NCBI RefSeq assembly: GCF_963921235.1 | Contig: NC_086097.1 | Span: forward strand, 176,516,001 to 176,580,000 | Source of the DNA: Mobula hypostoma | Taxonomy: Eukaryota | Length of the DNA: 64,000 nt | Reading direction: 5' to 3' | Part shown: one piece after another, positions 63,601 to 64,000 of the stretch | How positions within the stretch are numbered: position 1 is the stretch's first letter | Layout: each line of letters starts with the position of its first letter | Notes under the pieces: model-generated | What the model was told of the DNA's origin: nothing | What the model saw: the letters and a program-made list of their open reading frames with translations, nothing else | The model's database searches: none | Position numbers and translations under genes: made by a program

Positions 63601-64000
63601 TACAGGAAAGATTCTTGCATGGGTAAAGCAGTAGTTGATTGGTACGAGTCAAGGAGTGGGAATAAAGGAAGTCTTTTCTGATTGGCTGCTGGTGATTAGT
63701 AGTGATCTACAGGGGTCTGTGTTAGGACTGCTTCTTTTTACATTGTATGTCAATGATTTGGAGATTCATAAAAATGATTCCAGGATTGAGTGGCTTTTCA
63801 TATGAAGAATGTTTGATGGCTCTGAGCCATTATTCACTGGAATTCAAAAAAATGAGGGGTGACCTCATTGAAACCTATCAAATCGTGAAAGGCCTTGATA
63901 TGGAGAGAATGTGGAGATGTGGAGAGAATGTTTCCTACAGTGATTGGGTCTATTCAGAGGACACAGTCTCAGGATAGAGCGGTGTCCTTTTAGAGTGGAG
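60700..64000 (+). mobile_element. CR1 (family B) ORF1 esterase and fragmented ORF2, interrupted by a Rex-Babar tail (about 61400-61575, minus) and a Rex1 copy
   Basis: VIHVDTND, GGLHLN, LNKYFASVFTVED, RT fragments 63376-64000. Confidence 0.82.
62198..63372 (+). mobile_element. Rex1 LINE 3' part
   Basis: FADDT, NNLSLNVNKTKE, FKFLG, LLPSGRRF; (TTTGAAC) tail; same family as 31557-33546. Confidence 0.88.

Noticed and set aside
1..64000. Prokaryotic RT system (retron, DGR, defence island)
   Set aside because: All RTs are eukaryotic LINE or Penelope types with frameshifts, TSDs and microsatellite tails; no operon structure
31457..64000. Plus-strand bias of CR1 copies as proof of the minus-strand gene
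   Set aside because: The same bias exists outside the predicted gene, and Rex/L2 copies are in mixed orientation

Overview
Eukaryotic, non-bacterial DNA. The repeat mix (CR1 LINEs with an SGNH-esterase ORF1, Rex1/Babar LINEs, V-SINEs, Penelope) and heavy CpG decay point to a vertebrate, most likely a cartilaginous fish such as a ray; this is inference. Most of the window is transposable element sequence, often nested 2-3 levels deep with readable target-site duplications (TSDs). It holds three CR1 families including two near full-length copies, several Rex1/Babar LINEs, a 3.5-kb L2 with both ends, a young Penelope (RT + GIY-YIG), two Gypsy LTR remnants, a solo LTR, a hAT-Charlie element and SINEs. 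Most notable observations: (1) an intact minimal type-I hammerhead ribozyme in the Penelope 3' end, plus several ~100-200 bp hammerhead-derived mini-elements; two have their own TSDs and two are fold-back structures whose junctions map to ribozyme stem I; (2) two, possibly three, phase-compatible minus-strand exons that look like the 3' end of an unidentified host gene and are absent from the ORF track; (3) an in-frame 75/150-bp higher-order tandem amplification in a young Rex-Babar LINE; (4) a chimeric CR1 family with a vestigial second endonuclease start. Family names come from motif recognition only; no database searches were run, and boundaries of degenerate copies are approximate.
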